From Kondoa subrosea (taxonomy: Eukaryota), in assembly GCA_039545335.1 (NCBI GenBank), contig BCIN01000004.1, positions 300,925 to 364,924 of the forward strand: a stretch of 64,000 nt of DNA, given 5' to 3'. The notes beneath the pieces were generated by a model. The model saw only the letters and a list, made by a program, of their open reading frames with translations. It ran no database searches and was not told the DNA's origin. Made by a program: the position numbers and the translations under genes. Position 1 is the first letter of the stretch, and the number at the start of each line of letters is the position of its first letter. Below, piece after piece: positions 25,105 to 37,119 of this stretch.

Positions 25105-27111
25105 TCAGGGAATAGTAGAAGCGGACCATTCTCTAGCCTCGACAATGTGACCGTTAGCTTGATTGGCATCAAAGACACCACCAGCAGCACCAGTAGCGTT
25201 GACGCCCTTAGCAGCCTTCAAGTCTGCGCTTTGCTTTTTGAGTTCTGCGAATCGGAGCTTAGGGACCGACAACCAGTTCACAATGAAAGACAAACCTTCA
25301 GGGTCCATGCCGAGATCGGATGCATCGACGAAAGCGTCCTTACCGACACCGCCAGTTTTGGTGTACTCAGGGAACTCCTTCTTGATGATTTCCTTGTGCT
25401 TCTTCAAGCAGTCGAAAAGTTCTTCCATTGAGGCTGTTGTCAAAGAATGTTAACACGACGGAAATCTGGTGAAGGTGGGAAGCTTGCCATCATTGATGAA
25501 AGTGCAAGTTCCTGAAATAGTATGAGCTCGGTTCGCTCAAAGGCACCAAGCTGCTCACCCATTGGCTTTGGTTCAGCGAACCATCTGTGAGCGGAAACAC
25601 AAAGTCAGAACGCTAGCATCTTTGTCTGTGACACAAGAACGCACTGCATGCCATCTGTAGATATCCAAGCATCGTAAGCCGTTTGCAAAGCACAATGAGG
25701 GGCAAAGGGCTTATCTTGTTTTCAAGATCGCTGCTGTAGCGACCTTGAGCAGCTGTTCATCGAACTGCTCATGGTCCAAAGAAAGGCCGACGCGAGAAAC
25801 CAGGGTGTGGAACTCTTGACGTTCAGCTTCGTCGATGTAACCACGCAACCAAGCGAGAGTGACAGCGTAGGACATGTCGATGATGATGGCATGACCGTGA
25901 CGAAGAGGAACAACAGGAGTGAGTTCAAGAGTAGGTGACCAGCTGAAATACTTTTGTTAGCCAGATTCGTTTGTCAAATAGAGGGGAATAGACTTACGTG
26001 TGACCGAAAGCGATAACTCGGTCCAACTTGATTTCGTGCAAGTTTGGTGATTCCAATTCCAACATGAGCTTGATACCACGTTCGCAAATGGAATCGGCAA
26101 TCTTGATGAGTTTCTCATCGTTAGTTGCTCGACCGAATCGAGTGTTGACAAGATCAGGTCCATACTTGACTAAATCGGTCCAGAGCGACTTGTCACCGAC
26201 GGAAGAAATCTTGATGAGTTCTGCGAAACCGTTTCTGATCTGGCCATCTGGCAAAGTCTTCAAGAAATCGAAGTCGAGAACAGTAATCATAGGAGCGTGG
26301 TAGGCACCGACTATTCGTTCGATTAGCCGTAGACTCTTTAATTGGCTGTCGATCGAAACTTACGTCTGTTCTTGAGCTTTTTGTGGTTGATACCGACTTT
26401 GATGGAAACGGCGGCATCGATCAAGCCGATGAGAGTAGTTGGGACACGAATGAAGTTGCTTGAGCGACGGTAAGAAGCGCAAGCGTAACCGGTAACATCG
26501 GTGACCTAAGACCATATTATTGACACCACGTCTTGGCGAATCAATGGATCGAGACATACCAGACCACCACCAACGACAAGAACAGGTTCTTTACGGATCA
26601 ATCCGAAGTCATCGAAAGCATCGACCAAGCTTTCCATGGTGTCCATGTTCTTGTTCAGCTCACCACCCTTCATGGTGTGAATAGTAACGGCGATGTTGTG
26701 ATGCTCGAAATAAGCCTTAATCTTGTCACCATAGAGCTATACTCGATACGTAGACATCAGACTCCACTCAAATGTGAAATTAAAAGGTCCGCATTTACCT
26801 TGGTAACTGGACCATCCATGACCACTAGGACTCTCTTCCATTTGGCATAGAAGTCAGACAAGATAGTCTGCTCTTTAGCGAAAGTATCGCGAGTGAATCG
26901 GAAGCCTATGAAATTACTCAATGAGTTGACCACGTTTTTGAAGTGATGACATGAAAAGCAAAGAAGACGTACCATAGTCCAGGTCTTCGCTACCTTTGAC
27001 ACGAAGAGCTTTTGTACCATTGGCAGTGAATTCAGAAACGTTGGCAGTGAGATCCGATGAAATTGGTCCATCCGATTTCTGGGTTGCAATGTGTACACCG
27101 TTTGTAGTCAT
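25105..27111 (-). CDS. Sedoheptulose 7-phosphate cyclase, demethyl-4-deoxygadusol synthase (DDGS, MysA-type)
   Basis: DHQS-fold motifs [46 protein letters not shown] and [14 protein letters not shown]-type segment [38 protein letters not shown] and KTRDG. About ten introns. Confidence 0.92.
25657..25714 (-). other. Non-canonical AT-AC intron (58 nt) in the DDGS gene
   Basis: Minus strand reads AAAACAAG|ataagc...gcttac...tatctac|AGATGGCATGCA. This junction restores K-T-R-D-G, and the unspliced frame hits TAA immediately. Confidence 0.75.
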
Positions 27112-27843
27112 GTTGAATGAGATTTGGTTGGAGTGTTGAACTGAGGTAAGTAGTGACAAGTTTCAGAGAGTCTAGGTTCAGGAAAAAAGACTGTTGCGTG
27201 AATTTATAACTTCTCGATGATCGAATCGCAGTAATCACATCGCCGGCAAACGTATATTGTCTCGGAGGGAATTGTTTACACATCGTCTCCAAGTAGTAGT
27301 TAGATAGGTACAACAGGGCTGCGAAAAGAAGGCACGAAAGGACGACGAAGGGCGGGCGGCACTTGAGAAGTCTAAAGTTTGTCTGCTTATGTAATGCACT
27401 TTGTTTATCCGATTGAGAGGGCGATGCAGTCAAGGAAAAGACTAAATTGCTGTCACATAGAGTATGTAAGGTGTACAAGCGCGTACAGAGGAGAGCCTGA
27501 CGATTTTCCAACCAGGGAATCATGTCCACTTTTTTGGCAGTACAGCGATGCCACGATATAGCAATCTCGACAGCAGCGCAATACTACTACGAGTTCCCTC
27601 TGCAGACGATGAAAGAGTAATTGGTATGAGACAATCAGAGCGAACAAGAAGAGAAAGCAATCGGTTCCTTATACGGAAGACATGAATTCAAGCAGGGAAA
27701 GAGAATGCACGAAAGGAGGGAAGGAAGCAAGAAGAGAAGAAGGGGACACCTGAATTTCGGATATCATATGATTGCCTGTCCCTTCCCTTGACACTTGCTA
27801 TCGTACACTTTTTCCCCCCGATCCCCATGCGTGTTGACCATGA

Positions 27844-28993
27844 TTAAAATCCCCAAAGTTTCTCGGCATTGCTCTTGAACACTCTTTCAACCGCTTTCTG
27901 ACCATCTATTTCCTGACACCATTCTTGAACCATCTTCGTCCATGCTCCAGTATCAATCTTTCCTTCATATCTTGTATGAGGCCAATCAGTAGCGAAGATC
28001 AATCTCTCCGGTGCTATACCCTCATACGTATCAGAACAATGATATTCGATCATGAATTCATTGGATGAAGGAGGCTCACCTAATTTGTATAATTCAACAA
28101 AGAGCGGTTTAAGAACTTGCCATGCTTCAGAAGAAGATTCTTTAGGTACGAATCGATATGCAGCAGAGATCTTGACGTAAATATTCTGCTTCTTATCATT
28201 CTTCAATAAGTCAAGCAAGTATTGAGCGTTATCAGGTAGTTCGTTAGTGTTGGATTGAGAAGGGAAATGAGGACCTGCGAAATGATCTATCGCTACTGGA
28301 ATACTGTTGTGTACAGTATCAGCAGAAAGAGATCGAAAGGACAAAGTCACACACTCGAGCGACGGCAAGACTTCTGACAAAGACTTGAGTTGATCCATAT
28401 GTAAATGTAGATCCAACACCCATCCATCAACCTTCTTGACAACCCTAGCTAAATCTCGGACTTGTTGCACCAAATCGCTATCCGAGACTGGACTGCTTGA
28501 ACTAGCCAAATTCAACCTCGCTCCTCTTATGCCTTGTGAGTTGAATTTGTGCAGTTCTTCATCTGTTATAGTCGAAGTATCTACTTCTACTACACCAACA
28601 GCTTTTGGAGATCCACCTAATTCTTGGATAGCAGAAATCAAAGCAGAGTTGTTCTTTCCATAGACTGATGGTTGTACAATGACCAATCTATCAAAATCTG
28701 TGTATCAATCAACGCATGAGCCTATTTCCAGCGATCATTGTTTGAAGGGATTAAGGCAATGCACCTGATAACTGGGATTTGGCTTCAGAAGTAGATGCTT
28801 TGGGCATAGGATAAGTCTTAACAAGGAGAGGAATAGCAGGATCAAAGATATGCATATGGGAGCATATGCTGCCTTTTGGTAGAGTAGAAGTCATACTCTT
28901 GGCAGAAGTAGACAATCGGAGTCTAGCAACGATATTGGAAGGAATTCGCGCTGGACACGTTGAGATGGATGTAGATTTGATCAAGAAGGACAT
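27844..28993 (-). CDS. Amidohydrolase_2 family protein (2-pyrone-4,6-dicarboxylate lactonase LigI-like)
   Basis: SHMHIFDP, VIVQPSVYG, GIRGARLN, VAIDHFA, YVKISAAYR, LIFATDWPHT, NAEKLWGF*. Confidence 0.9.
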
Positions 28994-29079
28994 AAACAGT
29001 GCCTAGCCAGCAGAGTAAAGAAAAGCTACAAAGTCAATGGTTCGGAAAGGAAGCTTGTCATAACACGAGCAATCATATC

Positions 29080-29682
29080 ATGTCAAGATCCGGTGAATGT
29101 CTGTGCGGTGCTGTGAAAGTCACAATCCCAGAAAAGATCAATGAACAAGTCCTGTGCGTGTCTGAGCTAGCTCGGAGTTTGCGGCGGTTGAATTGAAGAT
29201 TCATGCAGATGTCATTGCACTCAATGCAAGCGAGCAGGAGGTGCGTCAGGATCGTCGCACCATTCGATCATAAAGCTTAGCATACAACAGGATCTTTGGC
29301 TTCTGTCAATGTGGTTTGCCCAAAGGATGAATTCAAGGTAGAGGGCGATCTCAAGGTGATTATCTTAATTTCCACCTACTTCTACTTCCTTAAGCTCGTA
29401 ACAGGCCTTTACCGACAACAAGACTACCAGTGGTGAATCCATGCTTCGTCAATTCTGGTAACTTTCCTCCACACACGATCCACCTAACCTGACGTTCTTT
29501 AAATCAGCGGAGACTGCGGCACACCCGTAGCCTCTAGCAAAGAAAACATGCAAATTGTGTTTGTGAAAGCAGCTCTCTTCGATAATTCGGAGAAAGTTTT
29601 CAAACCTACTGCACAAATCTTTACTTCTTCTGCTGAATCTTGGGCTATCTTGCCGGACATCCATCAAGTTGAGAAGCAGTAG
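29080..29682 (+). CDS. GFA/CENP-V (Mss4-like) zinc-binding protein
   Basis: Spliced MSRSGECLCGAV...LCHCTQCKR...RQFCGDCGTP, the GFA cysteine pattern. Confidence 0.9.
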
Positions 29683-30464
29683 ACAAAAGAAGAGAGCTCA
29701 GACTAGGAAAAAATGTGTGCAGTCTAGTAAAGTAATGTCGTCCTTTTGTCAAATAAAGCATACGCATTGCATTGTATCAGACTAGGAGAGCGAATCACGA
29801 GATCTACCTTGCAATGATGCGTTGCAATTCTAGTCAGTCGTATTGTCGAAAACCAAATGCAGTATACGATAACCGAACGAGAAATTGCGTGAAAGCAGCT
29901 GGAGATAGCGCAAGCTCACAACACCTTCTGCGAAAATACCAGAATAGATCATTACGACAAACACAGAGGAACGCAAGGAGAGGCAATAGATCTGAAGAGT
30001 ATGGAAAACAAGATTTTGGCTTCCACACTGTAAATGAGAATGCAATTGTTGAAATATCAATCGTTTGCTTGTGCTTCGGGTCTGCCGTAGGCTTGCGGAG
30101 TTGAGACATGCTCGTAACATGCAGCAGAGCACCTCATCCTCTGAGGAGAGTCACTGATAAGAGAAGAGGTCGTGCGCCACTACTCTCATTTCGACTTCTT
30201 TGTCGAGCAACAGCGAAAGCAAGATATCCCAAGAGGCTGAACTATACCTGACCTCCGCCAGCCAAAGGACATATACCAACTGCTTTCGTGGAATTTGGCT
30301 CGAGCGGTTTATTGTTTTTGCAATTCTTGTGCAAATTGACAAATTGCGGTTTATCTGGAAAAAGGCTCAAGGGGGAATGATCTGTCTGTAAATCTGGCTA
30401 CAAGCGTCTCAAGTTACTCTTCACTGTTACTGGACTGGATTGGACTGCAAGTCCCTAATCTTTG

Positions 30465-33400
30465 ATGGACGTCGACTTGCCTTTGAAATCAACAGATGCA
30501 TTGTCGCAGCAGAACCAGTTTATAGAACAGCAGCAGCAACAACAGCCAGGAGGGTTCTTGCCTGATGTAATAGTAGAATCAAAACCTTCTACTATTCTTT
30601 CACAAACGCAAGATGATGTCGAATCTGTTCATTCAGATCCAGTTGATCTAGCTCTTTCCGTTACTTCATCTGAAGAGTCTTCTTCTACTGCTTCATCAAC
30701 AACAGAAGAGTCTGCTCAATCTATCAAATCTCAATCTCCTTCACCTACTAAATCTAATCCTTCTCAAGAACATACACCAACTGAAAGCTCAGCAGCTCAG
30801 AATACTACAACTCCAACCAAATCTGAAGAAACAAAGCCAACTAAATCAGAGGAGAATCCAGATGAAGCTTCTACAAGTACTCCAGTTGTGAAGGAAGAAA
30901 GAAAACCACCTGGACCAAATCAAAGACGAACCAAAGTTTATCGTTTAGATGGAGAACAATGGTTAGATTTAGGAACAGGCTGGTGTTCTATCCACACAGA
31001 AGTCTTACCAAAAGAAACTAGACCTTTGGCAATGATCAATGAACCTGATGATGAAGAAGATAGTGGACCTTGGATCGTTGTCGCTCCTGAAGAAGAGAAA
31101 GAGGAAGAAACAAGTGTAGAAGATAAGACAAGAGAAAGTCCTACTAAGAAGAGAAAGAGAAGTGATTCGGATCCTCCGGAGAAAGCGAAAGATAGTCCAA
31201 CGGAGCCTTGGAGAGAAGTTTGGCGAACTTCAATTAGGAGCGTACTCTTCATGGCTGCTACAGAAGGAGAGAGGGGAGCGTATCAACGGCAGCAAGGTAT
31301 GTTGAATTGGGATGGTATGCAGCTTAATACTGATGTAAGAGCACAGATACACTCATCGTATGGACCGAGACTGATGGTACCGATATGGCTCTATCCTTCG
31401 CAAACGTTCAAGGCTGCTCGGAAGTCTGGTCCTTCATCGAGAGAGTCAGGCAGTACCTCTTCGACGGCGACTTCACTTCCTCCGACGAAGAAGATCTTTC
31501 ACCCAACCGAGCACAATCCCAATCAGATCTAGCCAATCGATTTTCAGCAGCTCAAACTTCTTCTTCTCCTCCTTCTGCAAGTGGATCAGCTTTATTCCGT
31601 AGTCAAGGATCATCAGGTTTAGGCATGGCCAATGCCGGAAGATTATCTTCGGGAACTCTACCTGAACCGAATTTGGGTAATTTGAGCGAAGTGGAAACTA
31701 TGCTCAAATGGATCAGTCGAACACCTTTAGGCAGAGAAAGACTGAGCACATGGGTCGTCAATGTTGATTATTGCAAGAAGTTGATTGACTTGTTTCATGA
31801 TGCGGAGGATGTGGAAAGCTTGGATAGTCTGCATTCACTTTGTGTGATTATGCAAGGGCTGTGTGAGTCATCGGTATCATGTTTAAGGAGCCTTCGCTGA
31901 CTGAATCATCACAGTATTGCTCAATGACAACGCTCTCTTTGAATACGTCCTGCAGGATGAACTTTTTATTGGCATCGCTGGAATACTAGAGTGTAAGCCT
32001 GCTATACTACATCCCTTGGAACTGTCTCCAACACTGTTTACCATAGATGACCCTGAATATCCGCGACTCAAAGCAAATTATCGAGATCATCTTTCCGATC
32101 CAAATCTTTATCGAGAAGTTGTGCCGATACGGCATGGCCCGACTCAAACCAAAATTCATCAAACCTACCGCCTTCAATACCTGAAAGATGTTATCTTAGC
32201 ACGAATTATCGACGATCCTACTTTCTCTATGCTCAACTCCTTCATCTTCTTTCACCAAGTTGATATCGTACAACACCTACAAAGCGATAACGTCTTCCTT
32301 TCTGAACTCTTCTCAATCTTCGAAACGCCTGACCCTGTTCCAGAGAAAGAAGACGAGCCAATGATCGGTCCAATGCCACCTTCAGCTATTAAACCAACTC
32401 CTCCTGATTCAAACTCCTTCTCTTACCCTACTTCCCTTTCTCAAGAACAGCATGATCGACAACATGCTGCCATCCTTCTCCTCCAACAATTTTGCGCTCT
32501 AGCCAAAAACCTTCAACCCGTTGCGCGAAACGCTTTCTATCGAACTATGGCAGATCGAGGTCTTTTACGAGTACTGGAACGAGCTTTGATGCGAACGACG
32601 CATTTTCTCAATAAAGCAGCGGAAGAACCGGCTCATATAACTACTGCTGAAGAAGAACAAGAACAATCTCTCAGAATAGCAACCATCGATATTCTCATGA
32701 TTGTTATTGATCATAATCCTAACGCGGTTCGATCTTATTGTCTGAAAGCGCATGAAGCATTTGAGAAGGAACAAGCATCTAATGTCTCCTCTTCCGATAG
32801 CAAGAACAAAAGTCGATCGCTCATGACTTTCCTTATTCGCCTGCTGCTTTCTGAGAAGGATCTGGGAATACAAGCGCAAATGGCTGAAGCTATCAAAGTA
32901 CTAGTCCAGACCGGTGCAGAACCTGGAGCTGGAGTGCTAGAGGTGTGCGATTCTTGTCCATCCACTCTACTTAGACTTAAAACCGTCCATGCAGGTCATG
33001 CGGAGCCGACCAGAAGATCCAGAGGTTGAGAAATTCCTTCAGTATTTCTATGACTTCTGTGTCGCAGACCTGTTCAAACCTTTGGTCGAATTGGAAGCCA
33101 AGCCGAAATCTACTCCAATAACCCTTGATAACAGTCAAGCTTCAATTTGTGCCTACCTCTGCGATCTTATGTGCTATTTCGTTTCTGCTCACACTTTCAG
33201 GTGAGCTACCAAGCCTGGTTGACAAGGCCCGGATGTACTCATGAGCCTGTCTAGATCGAAATACTACATCCTCAGCACCTCGATCAGTCAAGCTGTTGCA
33301 AGACTTCTCAAATCACCACAGAAGTTCCTTGTGCTTGGTGAGCTAGATTGGGAACAATTATCTTGTGATGCTCATTCCTGCTTTTAGCTGCAATTCGTTT

Positions 33401-34572
33401 CTTTCGCGCAACGATTAACAAGAAAGACGACTTTTACAATCGAGCTCTTATCAAAGCTGACCTTTTTCTACCAATACTTCAAGCGGCGAAAGAAGAGAAT
33501 GGCAAGGACAATCTTGTTGGATCTGCCTGTTTGGAATTCTTCGAACACATTCGCTCAAATAACTCGAAACCTATCTTGAATCACATGATGGAACGACATG
33601 GCGATCTTGTGCGACTGCTTGCTCAGAAGGATGAGACTATGGGGCTCTTGGTGCTTAGATGGGAACAGAACAATGAGCCGCCGCCCTCAGCTAGCACTTC
33701 CGCTGCAGCAGACAAGTGAGTGTGACACATCCTGAAAGAGAATTTGTACTGAATATGCCTCCAGCAAAAATAACCAGCAGTCAACTTCTCTTGGTCAGAG
33801 CAAAGTTCTGGATGCGGACGAAGAGAGCTATTTCAACGATTCGTCATCAGAAGACGAAGCAGCTTTGCCAAATTTGAACAAGCCTGCAGAAAGCAAAAGA
33901 AGCAAGAGTCCAATAGCAGCTGATGCGCCCGCGCCTAGCTCGCCCCGGCCGAGAGCAGCTTCTCCACCTGGCAAGGGAATGGTTCGGTCGCCCGCCGTTG
34001 TCTTCCAAGAGATGGCAATCAAAGGAGCTAAAGGCAAAGCCAGAGCGATAGATCGAAGTCAAAGAACAACAAGCCTGGTGTCTTACGGCGACGAACCGGA
34101 AATTCCAGCTCGAACATCTTCACAGTCAGAATCGGCGCATTCGATTACTACTCCGTCGACAAGCGATTCATCTGCTCCGCAAAGTACGCCTCTCGAGAAA
34201 ACATCGCCCGCAGATTCAGCGTCCAACCTACTTTCACCTCCTTCTCGCTCAAAAGCTATGCTGAATCTCACAGAACCTTCCTTACTTGGCAGTCCGTTCG
34301 AAAGAGTGCCGCGGTCCTCCTTAGATGAAGACTCTGCGCCTTCCCTTCCTTCACTCAAAGCTTTAGGCGAAAAGAGGCGGCGGGAGGCTGAGGAGGAAGA
34401 TCAGCTCGGTTTGTTACAAGGCGGTAAAAAGAGCAAGATAGCGCCGAAAGCTACCCCTTCTATCAAAAGCACAAGTACAAACGGGAGCAATGGGATAGCC
34501 AATAAATTGAAGTTGAAAGTAGTCAGTTTCACTAAATTGGGTTCGTCCGGCGGCAGTAGTAACGGGAAATAA
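30465..34572 (+). CDS. PSY2: Protein phosphatase 4 regulatory subunit 3 (Psy2/SMEK)
   Basis: EVH1-like RRTKVYRL..WLDLGTG, YQRQQDTLIVW and DMALSFANVQGCSEVW. SMK-1 domain KIHQTYRLQYLKDVILARIIDDPTFSMLNS. Confidence 0.93.
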
Positions 34573-34719
34573 ATTGTAATTTGAGGGTTGTGCTGTGCAC
34601 TTGTTGGAAGCAATGAAACGAGTTGTAACGAGTCATTATTAATGCGAGAATATAACCTAAGGTACAAAATGATATACCGAACAAACAAAGCAGTCATGAC
34701 CGATTTCAGTCTATTCAGT

Positions 34720-36293
34720 CTATTGCTGGGTGTACAGCTTGTTGAAGGTGTCGTAGAAGAGATTCTTGCCCTTTGCGCGAGACACCATCCACGCGCCCAC
34801 ATTGAATATGCCAATTTGAGCAGATCCGCCCTTTGGACCGAGAGGTACCACTAGGGCAACGTAATATCAGCCTCTAGTAAGGTATTAATATGAAGAGAAA
34901 ACTCACTGCATACTGTCATAGGTAATCCATTCCATGCTTTCGCCTTTCCAGCCTTAGTTATCGCCGTAACGATGTTGGCAGCGACGATATCTCCTTGCAT
35001 TCCAGCTGCAAAGCTCACCTAAATGATGCCCGTCAGATAACATTGGAAACAGCTCGGAATTGTCTCACTTTGAAGCCTGCCGATTCAGACGCATCGGCGA
35101 ACGCAAAGATATTGCTATAAAAGATCGAGCCATCGGCGCTTTTGACATGAAACTCTTTGTCGACCAGCATTCTGTTGGATTGTGGGTGGATCAGAGCGGG
35201 TGAAAGAGATTTGAGTAAAGAAGTATTTGGCACGTTGCCAATTGCTTTGAGCAGGAAATCGGCTGAGAAGAAGGCAAATCAAAAGTTGTAAAAGACAGAA
35301 GAAGTCAAGCTACTCACCTTCGATAGTCCTTCCATCTGTCAGAGTGAAAGTCTTAGACCCCTCTAATGCGCCAGGGGAATATTGAGATAAATCGGTGGTG
35401 ACCTTTTGACCTAAGATGAGGTCAACTTTGAGTTTCTTGAGTTCTCGGATCAATGAGTTTGATAACGAATCAGCCAATTCTTCTGCGATAAGCTTGTCAT
35501 GTGCGTGAACCAGAGTGATCTTCTTGTCAGGGTGAGCCGCTCGAACTTCCCCGGCAAATTCAACGCCGACTGCTCCGCCTATTGAAGACGTTGCGTCAGA
35601 AAACCCAGTGTAGAGACAAGATTGTGATCAATGCTCACCTCCAACGACAAGAACAGACTGCGCTTGAGTTATCTCCCTCTGCATCTTTTGAAGAGCTTTG
35701 ACGTTCTCTGCAGTATTTGTGGTAGCAGGTCTAGCAGGAAAAGCGTAACTTGAACCAGTAGCTAAAGCTGCAAAGGCGAAGGGAATCTTGTAAACGCCTT
35801 CAGACACAATTGCTCCTAAACCTTCAGGTAAAGGTTTGCTAGTCTTGACCGTGATTTCGTTTGCTGACAAAGAGATGGCTTCAGTGTTACCTAGAGCGAT
35901 ATGGGGAGATCTTTTGGCGAAGAAGTCCGAGATAGCTGTTGTAGACATGGCTTTCGTTTCCCAACCAGGAACTACGGCTGCTCTTAAGCTACTTATAGGC
36001 CAGCAAACCTAATGTAACCAAATTGAACTTAAGATACAGAAACGAAAAAACGAGACTGACATGTTCTTGCATATCGATTCTGAATCATCGTCAGCCCGCT
36101 TTACATTCTGCTTGGACAAGAACTCACAATACGATACGATAGCTCGTTTCGGTCATCACATTATTCAGCTTCTTTGTAAGCGTTCGTGCAGCTTGAGCTC
36201 CGCCTGTACTTGGTTTAGCTAACTTCAGCAGTATTGGAAGCATAGCTCACCTGACGCGGCTCCAACAATCACGATATTCTGAACATTCGCCAT
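34720..36293 (-). CDS. AMID/AIFM2-like FAD-dependent NAD(P)H oxidoreductase
   Basis: [39 protein letters not shown]...KKITLVH, NIFAFAD, VPLGPKGG. Confidence 0.87.
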
Positions 36294-36549
36294 TTTGTCA
36301 AACAAGAGAAAGCGAGAGTTTTACTTTGATGCAGGAGCGAGAAGAGAGGGACGACAGCTGCTTGTGTAGTGATACTTGGCCAGCTGAGTAACGACGCTGT
36401 ACAGGAGCAAGGAGATAAACATTTCGGGCGAGGTCACGGGCGACAATAGGATTAGTAATCGATTAGTAATGTGCATCTGTTGTACTTTTCTGACATCGCG
36501 TAAGCAACCTCGTTGGTACATAGACTGCTTGCTCAATCCCCACAGTCAT

Positions 36550-37118
36550 ATGGAGAATCTACTACCAGACAACGATGCAAAATTTGGGCTATTCTACGCT
36601 GACCCCAGCAAGACGGCTAGCGGAGAGAGCGGTGCTCCTACGTTTGTCAATGGCACGAAGCACCGATTCTTTTACTCTTGAGCCACGAAGCTTCCATGCA
36701 GATCTGTCGAATCACGACGTCTGCAGATTTCTCGAATCGTTAGAGCCAGCGGAACTCGAGATTGCTTGTTTGGGTGACAGGGAAAGGAGAAATATTTCGG
36801 TTGGCTGGAATATGGAAAATCAGACAATCACCTCTTCCTTGACCGAAATAGATAACTTACCGGAGAAACAGCTAAGGGCTTTCATCTTCTATAATTCGAC
36901 CGAATGTATCTTCACTTCGAAATGTTTTCCACAAGCTTGTCTGTTCTCTTGACTTCCCAGCCTACTTGATTTGTTCGCTGACCTTGTTTAGAGACACTTC
37001 ATTGACCGATACGACATGTACACTTTTTCTCGGGTTCCATGTCTCTGTTGCGAGCGGTTCTGAGCTCACAAGCGATTTTGGCATATTTGCGCTTGGTTTC
37101 AACGAGCACGGAGAGTAG
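36550..37118 (+). CDS. Hypothetical protein (three-exon model)
   Basis: MENLLPDNDAKFGLFYAD...|DLSNHDVCRFLESLEPAELEIACLGD...|SYLICSLTLFRD...FNEHGE*. The splice sites give one open frame, but no family was recognised. Confidence 0.45.
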
Positions 37119-37119
37119 G

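Noticed and set aside
25105..27111. Calling the cyclase a 3-dehydroquinate synthase or EEVS
   Set aside because: It is not part of a pentafunctional AROM, and the PNLHE..LDRVIA.GHTWSP and HGHA..IDM motifs fit DDGS better.
29772..30391. Several 60-110 aa ORFs on both strands between the GFA gene and PSY2
   Set aside because: No motif and no convincing exon chain. Treated as intergenic/UTR.
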